This document shows positions 6,532 to 15,142 of a DNA stretch of 30,000 nucleotides, in pieces. Position 1 is the first letter of the stretch. The number at the start of each line of letters is the position of its first letter. The stretch comes from Rhodocyclaceae bacterium (GTDB lineage: Bacteria; Pseudomonadota; Gammaproteobacteria; Burkholderiales; Rhodocyclaceae), in the NCBI GenBank assembly GCA_013791905.1, contig VMSX01000030.1:74741-104740 (forward strand), in the 5' to 3' direction. The position numbers were made by a program, and so were the translations under genes. Below the pieces are notes generated by a model, which saw nothing but the letters and a program-made list of their open reading frames with translations, was not told the DNA's origin and made no database searches.

Positions 6532-9428
6532 CTGCCAACCGCCCCGCAAGCGGTGCAAAAATCGCAGCCGTCTTTTTTGATGACCGTCATGTTGCCGCAT
6601 TCGGTGCAGAGCGATCCTTGGGTGACTCTGACCTGGCCCTTTTCGCGCGGGGTTTCGAGGATGCCCATGTCGCGCGTCGGATAGCCGTTTTCATCGAGCA
6701 GGCCGAGCATGGCGTAGCGGTGCATGATGAGTCGCGCGATGTAGGCGACCGTCGATGGCCAGTTCTGCTGGCGGCGCGTCCCCGGGATGAAGGCCATGAA
6801 ATCGCCGAGCGGCTCCGAGTAGTTGAGCAGCTTGCGCAGCTTCATGCCGATCCAGGCCGGGTCCATGACGCGCATGTCGAGCGACAGCAGCTTGGTGAGG
6901 CCGTCGAGCGCCCGCGGGTAGTTGCCGGAGAGCCAGCACGAATAGGGGCGGGTGACGCCGTCGGGCAGGGTGATTTCCTTCAGGCCGAGCACGAAGTCTT
7001 CGCGCGAGGCGGGGTTGACGATATCCACCGTCCACGACAGCGTGCCGTCGGTGCCGGTCTTCGGCTCGTCGCGGCTGAACATGCAATCGAGCACCGGTGT
7101 GGCGCTGTCGTTGTCCAGCGCCCCGAGCTGCTCGCAGCGATAGCGGATCACCTGTGCCATTGCCGCGATGGCGCCCGGCATCAGCTTGTGTTCGCCATGC
7201 GGCGGCATCGGCATCTCGAAGGCTTCTTCGCCGACGGTGGCGGCCAGTACGTCGAGCTTCAACTTGAGCCAGGCCGGATCATTGGCGCGCATGTCCATCG
7301 ACAGCGTCTTGGCGACGGCGCCGAGACCGCGTGGCTGTTCGGTGCCATTCACCCAGACTTCGAAGGGAACGGACTGGCGCTTGTCATTTTCGATCTGCCC
7401 GACGAACAGGGCGAACTCGCCATGCGGGGTCTCGATCATGTAGGTCCAGGCCGCGTTGCCGTCGGTCAGGCGCGGCCGGCCGGGCCAGCGCAGCGACGAC
7501 AGCACCGGGGCGGGCAGCGAACCGATCGACAGCCGGCGGTTGGCGCAGTCGATGGTGACGTCCTGTGGCTGCTTCTGGGGGTGGGTCTGGTTGGCCGGGG
7601 TGGTCGGGGTGGTCGACAGCACGCTGCCCAGCACCTTGTTCGGCCGGTAGGTGGCCAGGCCCTTCAGTCCGGCTTTCCATGCCGACAGGTAGAGGTCCTC
7701 GAATTCCGCATAGGGATAATCCTCGGGCACATTCACCGTCTTGGAAATGGCGGTGTCGATGAAGGGGGCAACCGCCGCCACCATGTCCTTGTGCGCCTGG
7801 GCAGAAATTTCGAGGGCGGTGACGAAATAGTCCGGCAGCTTGCCGACATCGCCACCCTGGTGCTTGTAAAGCCGCCAGGCGTAGTCCTCCACGGCATATT
7901 CCTTGAAGGTGCCGTCGGACATGCGCTTCTTGCGCGTGTAGGTCCAGGAGAAGGGTGGCTCGATGCCGTTCGAGGCGTTGTCGGCGAAGGCCAGCGAAAT
8001 CGTGCCGGTCGGCGCGATTGACAGCAGGTGCGAGTTGCGGATGCCGTGCTTGCGGATCTGGTCCTTGATGTTCTGCGGCAGGCGCGAGGCGAAATTGCCG
8101 CCGGAGAGATAGAGGTCGGCGTTGAAGAGCGGGAAGGCGCCACGCTCCTTGGCGAGTTCCACCGATGCCAAATAGGCGCGATCGCGCATGTATTCGGAAA
8201 TCTTGGCGGCGGTGCTGCGGGTTTCGGCGGTGTCGTAACGTTGCCCGAGCATGATCAGTGCGTCGCCGAGGCCGGTGAAGCCCAGGCCGACGCGGCGCTT
8301 CGCCGCGGCTTCCGCCTGTTGCTGGGGCAGGGGCCAGTGGGTGGCGTCGAGCACGTTGTCGAGCATGCGCACCGAAATGTCGATGACCCGGCCGAAGGCG
8401 GCGTAATCGAAATCGGCGGTTTCCTCGAAGGGATGATTGACGAACTTGGTGAGGTTGATCGAGCCGAGGCAGCAGCAGCCATAGGGCGGCAGCGGCTGTT
8501 CGGCACAGGGGTTGGTGGCCTCGATGGTTTCGCAGTAGTTGAGGTTGTTGTCCTTGTTCATGCGGTCGATGAACAGGATGCCCGGCTCGGCGTGGTCGTA
8601 GGTCGAGCGCATCACCTGGTTCCACAACTCGCAGGCGGGAATCTTGCGATACACCCAGAGCCCGTCGTCGCGCTGGTAGGCGCCCTTGCTCTTGATGTCG
8701 GCGCAGGGTTCGGCACGATGCACCAGTTCGATGTCGCCGCCGGCTTCCACCGCCGCCATGAAGGCATCAGTGACGCCGATCGAGATATTGAAGTTCGACA
8801 GGTCGCCCTGGTCCTTGGCGTGGATGAAGCGCTCGATATCCGGATGGTCGCAACGCAGCACGCCCATCTGCGCCCCCCGGCGCGAGCCGGCCGACTCGAC
8901 CGTTTCGCAGGAGCGGTCGAAGACACGCATGTAGGAGACGGGGCCGGAGGCGCGCGACTGCGTACCCTTGACATGGGCGCCGCTCGGTCGGATGCTGGAA
9001 AAATCGTAGCCGACGCCACCGCCGCGGCGCATGGTTTCGGCGGATTGCGAGAGGGCGGTATAGATGCCGGGGCGATCATCGACGATCTCGGAGATCGAAT
9101 CGCCAACGGGTTGTACGAAACAGTTGATCAGGGTGGCGCACAGGTCGGTGCCGGCAGCCGAATTGATGCGGCCGGCCGGGACGAAGCCGTTTTCCTGGGC
9201 ATCGAGGAAGTGGGGTTCCCACCAGGCCTGTTTCTCCTCGGTCTCGACGGCGGCCAGGGCGCGGGCGACGCGGGCACGCACGTCGTGCACATCCCGTTCA
9301 TTGCCCTTGGCGTACTTCTCGAGTAGTACTTCGCCGGAGATTTCCTGTGGCAGGGGCAGACCCAGTTGCCCCGTGTATTCATCTTGAAAGTCTTGCTCAG
9401 TGTCGACGGTGGTGTGATCCATGGTCAT
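6522..9428 (-). CDS. nrdJ: Adenosylcobalamin-dependent (class II) ribonucleotide reductase
   Basis: Motifs: [58 protein letters not shown], and the C-terminal Cys-rich tail [23 protein letters not shown] prefer the start at ATG 9428 (MTMDHTT). The track GTG at 9491 directly abuts an AGGAGG, which is too close for initiation. Confidence 0.92.
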   Translation of the reverse strand: MTMDHTTVDTEQDFQDEYTGQLGLPLPQEISGEVLLEKYAKGNERDVHDVRARVARALAAVETEEKQAWWEPHFLDAQENGFVPAGRINSAAGTDLCATLINCFVQPVGDSISEIVDDRPGIYTALSQSAETMRRGGGVGYDFSSIRPSGAHVKGTQSRASGPVSYMRVFDRSCETVESAGSRRGAQMGVLRCDHPDIERFIHAKDQGDLSNFNISIGVTDAFMAAVEAGGDIELVHRAEPCADIKSKGAYQRDDGLWVYRKIPACELWNQVMRSTYDHAEPGILFIDRMNKDNNLNYCETIEATNPCAEQPLPPYGCCCLGSINLTKFVNHPFEETADFDYAAFGRVIDISVRMLDNVLDATHWPLPQQQAEAAAKRRVGLGFTGLGDALIMLGQRYDTAETRSTAAKISEYMRDRAYLASVELAKERGAFPLFNADLYLSGGNFASRLPQNIKDQIRKHGIRNSHLLSIAPTGTISLAFADNASNGIEPPFSWTYTRKKRMSDGTFKEYAVEDYAWRLYKHQGGDVGKLPDYFVTALEISAQAHKDMVAAVAPFIDTAISKTVNVPEDYPYAEFEDLYLSAWKAGLKGLATYRPNKVLGSVLSTTPTTPANQTHPQKQPQDVTIDCANRRLSIGSLPAPVLSSLRWPGRPRLTDGNAAWTYMIETPHGEFALFVGQIENDKRQSVPFEVWVNGTEQPRGLGAVAKTLSMDMRANDPAWLKLKLDVLAATVGEEAFEMPMPPHGEHKLMPGAIAAMAQVIRYRCEQLGALDNDSATPVLDCMFSRDEPKTGTDGTLSWTVDIVNPASREDFVLGLKEITLPDGVTRPYSCWLSGNYPRALDGLTKLLSLDMRVMDPAWIGMKLRKLLNYSEPLGDFMAFIPGTRRQQNWPSTVAYIARLIMHRYAMLGLLDENGYPTRDMGILETPREKGQVRVTQGSLCTECGNMTVIKKDGCDFCTACGAVGSCG

Positions 9429-9544
9429 ATGATTGGGCCCGCTAGTTGAGTTGTGTATTGGAGACGCGACAGCAACGAAGCATAGCCACACCTCCTGATA
9501 GAGTGAAGTAAAAAATTTTTACTCACAGTTAAAACAACAAGTTA

Positions 9545-9591
9545 TGAATAAATCTAGTAGCTGGTCTGATTTATACCACTACATCTAGTAG
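9545..9591 (-). promoter_or_regulatory. Tandem NrdR boxes flanking a TATAAA -10 element upstream of nrdJ
   Basis: CCACTACATCTAGTAG (9576..9591) and TGAATAAATCTAGTAG (9545..9560) match the remembered NrdR-box consensus acaCwAtATaTwGtgt at about 11/16 and 9/16. Spacing start to start is 31 bp. On the minus strand a TATAAA (9575..9570) lies between them. Confidence 0.55.
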
Positions 9592-10017
9592 GTTTCGCGG
9601 CCCAAAAAGGACACAAAAAATCAGTCTGTTGAGGCGTTTTCGCGGGTAAATCCACCCCATTGTGATTGTTGCATCGCAACAAAACTACCGATTCAGGGGG
9701 GTTGACTTGACGTCAATCAGGGTTCCTTCCCCACCCCATGCGGGATATGAAAAGTTTTGTCTATAACCAAAGAAAAAAAACTACTCAGTCAGGGTAGGGT
9801 GATGGTCAGCCGGGTCAAAAAAACAGCTGTTTTTTCGCTAGCGAAGCATTCGATGCAAGCGACCAAGACATTTTCGGAAACCAGCAACGCCAACCCTGTG
9901 CTGCGCAAGCTGCGGCTGGATAATCCGTCTGGGATGTGCTTTTCGGCACCGGAGGATGCCAGCTGACGAGGCATCCTCTCGGCGTTGCAGGAAGTTCAGA
10001 GCGCCCGGCTAACCGCT

Positions 10018-10143
10018 TTAGCGGGGAACCATGGGCGTGACGGCAGAAGCGTTTTTCTTGTTCTGTTTTGCGGCCTTTTTTTCCTTGGGGGTCTTGGTGG
10101 GTTGCTTCTTTGCTTCCTTGTTGGGTTGCTGTGCCTTGCCCAT
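10018..10143 (-). CDS. Small Lys-rich hypothetical protein (41 aa)
   Basis: Own translation: TTTAGAGGAGTATCGCC-ATG GGC AAG GCA CAG ... = MGKAQQPNKEAKKQPTKTPKEKKAAKQNKKNASAVTPMVPR*. AGGAG lies 7 nt before the ATG. The ORF is below the track's length cut-off. Confidence 0.45.
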   Translation of the reverse strand: MGKAQQPNKEAKKQPTKTPKEKKAAKQNKKNASAVTPMVPR

Positions 10144-10244
10144 GGCGATACTCCTCTAAAGCACCGACGAATGTGCGGTGTCACTCAGTATAAACGGATG
10201 CAGGCGGGGTCACTGGCGATCAAAGCCAGATATCTCTGATCGAA

Positions 10245-11075
10245 TCAGAACGTCGGCGTAAAGAAGCGCTGACGCATTTCCTCCAGTCCCAGCAGGCGGA
10301 GCAACTCGTCCAGGCGTACGGCGCGGTGTTTCCCGGACTGGTTGTGGCGGCGGGCGATGATGAGCTCGTTCTTCATCGAGTGTTCCCAGCCCACCAGTTC
10401 GGTGACATTGACCTGGTAGCCATGCGCCTCAAGCTGCAGGCAGCGCAGCACGTTGGTGACCTGGCTGCCGAATTCCCGTGTGTGCAGCGGGTGGCGCCAG
10501 AGTTCCGCCAGCGGGTTGGCCAGCGCCTTGCCCTTGTTTTTTCTCAGTATGGCAGCCAGTTCGGCCTGGCAGCAAGGCGCCAGCACGATGAATTCGGCTT
10601 GGCGAGTGAGGGCAAAACGGATCGCGTCGTCGGTGGCCGTGTCGCAGGCATGCAGGGCGGTGACGATGTCGATTCTGGCCGGCAGTTCGGTTGTCGTTAG
10701 TGCCTCCGCCACGCTGGCGTCGAGGAACGACATGCCGGCGAAAGCCAGCCGCTTCGCCAGTGCCCGGGACTTTTCAACCAGTTCATGCCGAGTTTCAATG
10801 CCGTAAATATGCGACCCACTGCCGAGCTGCTTGAAAAACAGGTCGTAGAGAATGAAGCCGAGATAGGACTTGCCGGCACCCACATCCACCAGTTGAATGT
10901 CGGGTGAAGCCTGCTGCCGCTCCAGCAACAGCGGCTCGATAAAGCGGTAGAGGTGATAAACCTGCTTCAGTTTGCGCCGGCTGTCCTGGTTCATCCGGCC
11001 GTCGCGGGTCAGGATATGCAGTTCCTTGAGCAGTTCAAGGGATTGGCCGGGCCGGATGCCGTGTTTTTCTTCCAT
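10245..11075 (-). CDS. Class I SAM-dependent methyltransferase (Methyltransf_32-like)
   Basis: Motif I LVDVGAGKSYLGF, then DIVTALHACDTATDDA and LAPCCQ. I prefer the start at ATG 11075 (MEEKHGIRPG, GGAA upstream). The track start at 11219 would abut the divergent gene. Confidence 0.75.
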   Translation of the reverse strand: MEEKHGIRPGQSLELLKELHILTRDGRMNQDSRRKLKQVYHLYRFIEPLLLERQQASPDIQLVDVGAGKSYLGFILYDLFFKQLGSGSHIYGIETRHELVEKSRALAKRLAFAGMSFLDASVAEALTTTELPARIDIVTALHACDTATDDAIRFALTRQAEFIVLAPCCQAELAAILRKNKGKALANPLAELWRHPLHTREFGSQVTNVLRCLQLEAHGYQVNVTELVGWEHSMKNELIIARRHNQSGKHRAVRLDELLRLLGLEEMRQRFFTPTF

Positions 11076-11218
11076 GTTGGTTCCTGTTGCGAATGTGTCT
11101 ATTGTTATATCAGTAGGCAGGTGGCTATGCCGAGAACTGTTGCGAAACATCAAGTTGATGAGTATCCTATGCTGCATCGCAGCATCACCGCAAGTCCATA
11201 AGATATTGCGGCAAACCA

Positions 11219-13909
11219 ATGAACTACGAACAGCATTATCTGACCTCTCTCTTCGAGCCGAAATCGATCGCCATCATCGGCGCTTCCGAGACGCCGGGGT
11301 CAATTGGCAGCATCATGGTGCGCAATATCATCGATGGTGCCTTTCCGGGGCGGCTTTTTCTGGTCAACCCGGGCCATGACAAGGTTTTCGGTCAACGGGC
11401 CTACGCTTCGGTCGAGGATATCCCCCAGCGGCTCGATTTGGCGGTGATCTGTACCAAGGCTGAAACGGTGCCGGCCATAATAGATACCTGCGGTCGCGCC
11501 GGCACGCGCAACGCCATCATCATTTCCGGTGGTTTTGCCGAAATGGGTCCACGCGGCGCCAGTTTGTTTCGCTCCATGCTGGAAAGTGCGCGCCGCCACA
11601 ATGTGCGTCTGCTTGGCCCCAACAGCCTCGGCTTGATTCGCCCCGGCAGTTGCGTGAACGTCACCTTCGCGCACAGCAGCGCCAACCCCGGCACGGTCGG
11701 CCTGATCTCCCAGTCCGGTGCGCTCTGCACGGCGATTCTCGACTGGGCGCAGCCCAATAATGTCGGGTTTTCCAACGTCGTTTCGCTGGGTGCCGAGAGC
11801 GATGTGGACTTTGGCGAAGTGCTCGACTACATGGTCGCCGACTCCCGCACCGAAAACATTTTTCTTTACATCGAGGGCATCAAGAACGCGCGGCGCTTCA
11901 TGAGTGCGCTGCGCGCAGCAGCGCGTTGCAAGCCGGTGCTGCTGATCAAGGGCGGGCGCAACCCCGCCGGCAAGCAGGCCGCGCTGTCGCATAGCGGTGC
12001 CTTGCTCGGCTCCGACGACGTCTTCGATGCGGCATTGCGGCGTGCCGGCGTGGTGCGGCTGGGCAATGTCGGCCAGATGTTCGCCGCCGCCCAGGCCCTG
12101 TTCTCGCATTTCCGTCCGCGCGGCAATCGCCTGATGATCGTCACCAACGGCGGTGGTCTCGGCGTGATGGCGGCTGACCATGCTGCCGACATCGGCATTC
12201 CATTGGCCGCGATGTCTGAAGCCACCCTCAAACGCCTGAATGAAGCCTTGCCACCGACCTGGTCGAAAGCCAATCCGATTGACCTGGTTGGCGATGCCGA
12301 TCCGGCGCGTTATGCCAGCACGATCACCGCCTGTCTCGAAGATGACGGGGTCGATGGTGTGCTGGCGATCCTCGCACCGCAGGCGCTGGCCGATCCGACG
12401 CAGACTGCCCGTGCCGTCATTGAGGTGGCGAAAAAGACCGACAAGCCGCTGGTGACCTGCTGGATGGGTGAAGAGCAGGTGCGTGAGGCACGTCTGCTGT
12501 TCCAGGGGGCCGGCATTCCCACCTTCCGGACGACGGATCCTGCCGTCGAACTGTTCTCGCACATTTCCAACTACTACCGCAACCAGCAATTGCTGATGCA
12601 GGCGCCGGCATCGATTTCCGATCACACGCCGCCACGCCTGGAATCGGCGCGCCTGGTGATCGAATCCGCCCTGGCCGAAGGCCGCAAGTCGCTCAACGAA
12701 ATGGAATCGAAGGCCCTGCTGGCGGCCTTCCGCATTCCCATTGCCCAGACGGTGGTGGCGCGCTCGCCTTCCGAAGCCATGGTGCTGGCCGAGGAAATGG
12801 GCCTGCCGGTGGTGATGAAGATCGATTCGCCGCAAATCACCCATAAACTGGATTCGGGCGGTGTGCGCCTCAATCTCAATGCGCTGGTCGCCGTACGCGA
12901 TGCCTACAACCAGATCATCGACGAGGTGAAGAAGAATCGGCCCGATGCGGTCATTCATGGCATCGCCATCGAGCCGATGATCCAGAAGGCCAATGGTCGC
13001 GAACTGATGGTCGGCATGACGAAGGATCCGATTTTCGGTCCGACCGTCATCTTTGGCCCCGGCGGGGCGGGTATCGTGGCCAGCGGCAAGGATCGTGCAG
13101 TTGCCCTGCCACCGCTCAACCGTTTTCTGGTTGCCGATATGCTGGCGTCCACCCGCACCTCGGCACGGCTCGGCGAATTCCGCAACATGCCGCCGGTCAG
13201 CATGGAGGCGCTGGAAGCCGTGCTGCTGCGTGTTTCCGAGATGGTCTGCGAATTGCCCTGGATTCAGGAACTGGACATCAATCCGCTGATCGTCGATGAG
13301 AATGGCGCGGTCGCCGTCGATGCCCGCGTCGTCATCGACAATCTGTCGCTGACTGCCGGGCGCTACGATCACATGGTGATCCACCCCTACCCGTCGCACC
13401 TGGTCACGGAATACCAGGCCAAGGACGGCCGCACTGTCGTGATTCGTCCGATCAGTCCGGAAGATGGCGACCTGGAACAGGACTTCGTCAAGAACCTGTC
13501 GGCAGAAACCAAGTATTTCCGTTTCATGAACACCCTGCGCGAACTGTCACAGGCCCAGTTGGTGCGTCTGACGCAGATCGACTACGACCGCGAAATGGCT
13601 TTCGTCGCCTTGACCGAGGTGGATGGATGTCAGATTGAAGTCGGCGTGGCGCGTTATGCCATGAACCCCGATGGCGAATCCTGCGAATTTGCCGTGGTCG
13701 TCGCCGATGACTGGCAGGGCAAGGGACTGGCGCGCCGGTTGATGGGCGTGATCATCGATACGGCCCGTTCGCGCGGCATCAAGTTCATGAACGGCGATTT
13801 CCTCGCTGAAAACCGCCGCATGATCAAGTTTGTTTCCGGCCTCGGCTTCGTGCTCTCGCCGCATCCCGAAGACCCCGGCCTCAAGCGCGGCGTGCTGGTG
13901 CTTAATTGA
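11219..13909 (+). CDS. pat: Protein lysine acetyltransferase, Pat/PatZ architecture (NDP-forming acyl-CoA synthetase-like domains plus C-terminal GNAT)
   Basis: 896 aa. N-terminal CoA-binding region (KSIAIIGASETPGSIG..), a central ATP-grasp-like region, and C-terminal GNAT motif A (VVADDWQGKGLARRLM). Confidence 0.85.
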   Translation: MNYEQHYLTSLFEPKSIAIIGASETPGSIGSIMVRNIIDGAFPGRLFLVNPGHDKVFGQRAYASVEDIPQRLDLAVICTKAETVPAIIDTCGRAGTRNAIIISGGFAEMGPRGASLFRSMLESARRHNVRLLGPNSLGLIRPGSCVNVTFAHSSANPGTVGLISQSGALCTAILDWAQPNNVGFSNVVSLGAESDVDFGEVLDYMVADSRTENIFLYIEGIKNARRFMSALRAAARCKPVLLIKGGRNPAGKQAALSHSGALLGSDDVFDAALRRAGVVRLGNVGQMFAAAQALFSHFRPRGNRLMIVTNGGGLGVMAADHAADIGIPLAAMSEATLKRLNEALPPTWSKANPIDLVGDADPARYASTITACLEDDGVDGVLAILAPQALADPTQTARAVIEVAKKTDKPLVTCWMGEEQVREARLLFQGAGIPTFRTTDPAVELFSHISNYYRNQQLLMQAPASISDHTPPRLESARLVIESALAEGRKSLNEMESKALLAAFRIPIAQTVVARSPSEAMVLAEEMGLPVVMKIDSPQITHKLDSGGVRLNLNALVAVRDAYNQIIDEVKKNRPDAVIHGIAIEPMIQKANGRELMVGMTKDPIFGPTVIFGPGGAGIVASGKDRAVALPPLNRFLVADMLASTRTSARLGEFRNMPPVSMEALEAVLLRVSEMVCELPWIQELDINPLIVDENGAVAVDARVVIDNLSLTAGRYDHMVIHPYPSHLVTEYQAKDGRTVVIRPISPEDGDLEQDFVKNLSAETKYFRFMNTLRELSQAQLVRLTQIDYDREMAFVALTEVDGCQIEVGVARYAMNPDGESCEFAVVVADDWQGKGLARRLMGVIIDTARSRGIKFMNGDFLAENRRMIKFVSGLGFVLSPHPEDPGLKRGVLVLN

Positions 13910-13910
13910 A

Positions 13911-14099
13911 CCATCCCCCCGCCCCCCTTCCCCGGGAAGGGGGTGGCTGTGGTTCACTGCGCTCGAATATTATGGGCGACTCCGTTGCGACGGTGGTGCG
14001 GCTTGCGCCTGAGGCGCGTGTCCTCACGGCTTGGGGCGGCCCGGCGCCGTGACTGAGCCAAGCGGTGAAATTACAAAAGTCGGCGCTGACAAGACGGCG
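13911..14099 (+). repeat. Structured intergenic repeat, type A, copy A3 (with flank extension)
   Basis: The plus strand is the C-rich-first sense: CCATCCCCCCG-CCCCCTTCC-ccg-GGAAGGGGG..CACTGCGCTCGAA ... TCACGGC-TTGGGGCGGCCCGGC-GCCGTGA, then GGTGAAATTACAAAAGTCGGCGCTGACAAGACGGCG. That last stretch is homologous to the flank of A5. The copy starts 1 nt after the pat stop and overlaps the 5' end of tag. Confidence 0.85.
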
Positions 14100-14657
14100 C
14101 GTTGCGCCTGGTGTGGCGTTGATCCGCTCTATGTCGCCTATCACGACAATGAGTGGGGCGTGCCCTGCCATGACGAGCGCACGCTGTTTGAGTTCCTCAT
14201 CCTCGAAGGCGCGCAGGCCGGACTATCGTGGATCACCATCCTGAAGAAACGCGAGAACTATCGGCGTACCTTTGATGGCTTCGACGTGCAGAAGATTGCC
14301 CGCTACGGCGAGACAGACTTGGCGCGCCTGCTCGGCGATGCCGGCATCGTCAGAAACCGCCTGAAAATATCTGCCGCAATTAACAATGCCCGCGCCACGC
14401 TGGCGCTTTACGACGCTGGCTCAAGTCTTGATGCGCTGTTCTGGCAGTTCGTCGACAACGCCCCGGTCATCAATCGCTGGCAGCGACTCGACGAAGTGCC
14501 CGTCCATACGCCCGTTGCCGTCGCACTGGCCAAGGAACTCAAGCAGCGTGGCTTCCGCTTCGTCGGCCCGACGGTAATTTATTCGCACATGCAGGCGACC
14601 GGCATGGTGAACGACCATCTCGTCACCTGCCCGCGCCACGTTGCGCTGGGCGGTTGA
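14049..14657 (+). CDS. tag: DNA-3-methyladenine glycosylase I
   Basis: RCAWCGVDPLYVAYHDNEWGVPCHDERTLFEFLILEGAQAGLSWITIL is classic Tag. The only in-frame starts before the conserved RC are GTG 14049 and TTG 14031, and both lie inside repeat A3. Confidence 0.88.
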   Translation: MTEPSGEITKVGADKTARCAWCGVDPLYVAYHDNEWGVPCHDERTLFEFLILEGAQAGLSWITILKKRENYRRTFDGFDVQKIARYGETDLARLLGDAGIVRNRLKISAAINNARATLALYDAGSSLDALFWQFVDNAPVINRWQRLDEVPVHTPVAVALAKELKQRGFRFVGPTVIYSHMQATGMVNDHLVTCPRHVALGG

Positions 14658-14664
14658 AGGCGTA

Positions 14665-15066
14665 CTAAGCGGCGCGCGGTTCTATGTGCGTGCGTAGCCA
14701 AGCGGCGAATTCGGCTTCCGGAAGTTCGCCGGCGGCGAGGTCCAGCATGGTGACGACGCACTCGGCATCTCCTGCAACCAGGTCGTAGCCGTTAAGCGCC
14801 AGAAACAGTTCAGTCGCAATTAGCGCAGTACGCTTGTTGCCATCGACGAAGGGATGGTTGCGGACGATGCCGAATCCATATGTTGCAGCGAGTGCGGCGA
14901 CATCGGGATCGTCATAGGCAGCAAGGTTCTCAGCCCGGGCCAACGCGGAATCAAGCAAGCCGGCGTCGCGGGTTCCCGCAGCTCCGCCATGCTCGGCCAA
15001 TTGTGCGCTGTGGGCGGCAATGATCACATTCCGTTGAATCCATACCCAGCGGCTCTCAAGAAACAC
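14665..15066 (-). CDS. doc: Doc (death-on-curing, Fic-fold) toxin
   Basis: ..RWVWIQRNVIIAAHSAQLAEHGG..GIVRNHPFVDGNKRTALIATELFLALNG contains the Fic/Doc motif HxFxDGNKR. The start is either GTG 15066 (MFLESRWVW) or TTG 15081 (track). Both lie within the hairpin of repeat B3. Confidence 0.85.
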   Translation of the reverse strand: MFLESRWVWIQRNVIIAAHSAQLAEHGGAAGTRDAGLLDSALARAENLAAYDDPDVAALAATYGFGIVRNHPFVDGNKRTALIATELFLALNGYDLVAGDAECVVTMLDLAAGELPEAEFAAWLRTHIEPRAA

Positions 15067-15142
15067 GCCGGGCCGTCCCAAGTGTTTCTTGGCCCCTTGA
15101 GGGGAGAACCGAGCGCAGCGAATGTTTGCGGGGTGGGCTCAT
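15056..15142 (-). repeat. Structured intergenic repeat, type B, copy B3 (most diverged)
   Basis: The plus strand reads CAAGAAACAC-gccGGGCCGTCCCAA-GTGTTTCTTG-GCCCCTTGAGGGG..GAGCGCAGCGAATGTTTGCGGGGTGGGCTCAT. It occupies the whole antitoxin-toxin junction. Confidence 0.8.

Noticed and set aside
9429-9600. Cobalamin riboswitch in the nrdJ leader
   Set aside because: I could not find a B12-box-like core or the expected GC-rich multi-helix architecture. The leader is AT-rich. Class II reductases use B12 as a cofactor and are not the usual riboswitch targets.
9757-9974. Track ORFs 9757..9966 + (TTG start) and 9789..9974 -
   Set aside because: They overlap each other in an AT-rich regulatory gap, have poor codon bias and have no SD. 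Only the shorter ATG 9802 version is kept, as a low-priority possibility in the findings.
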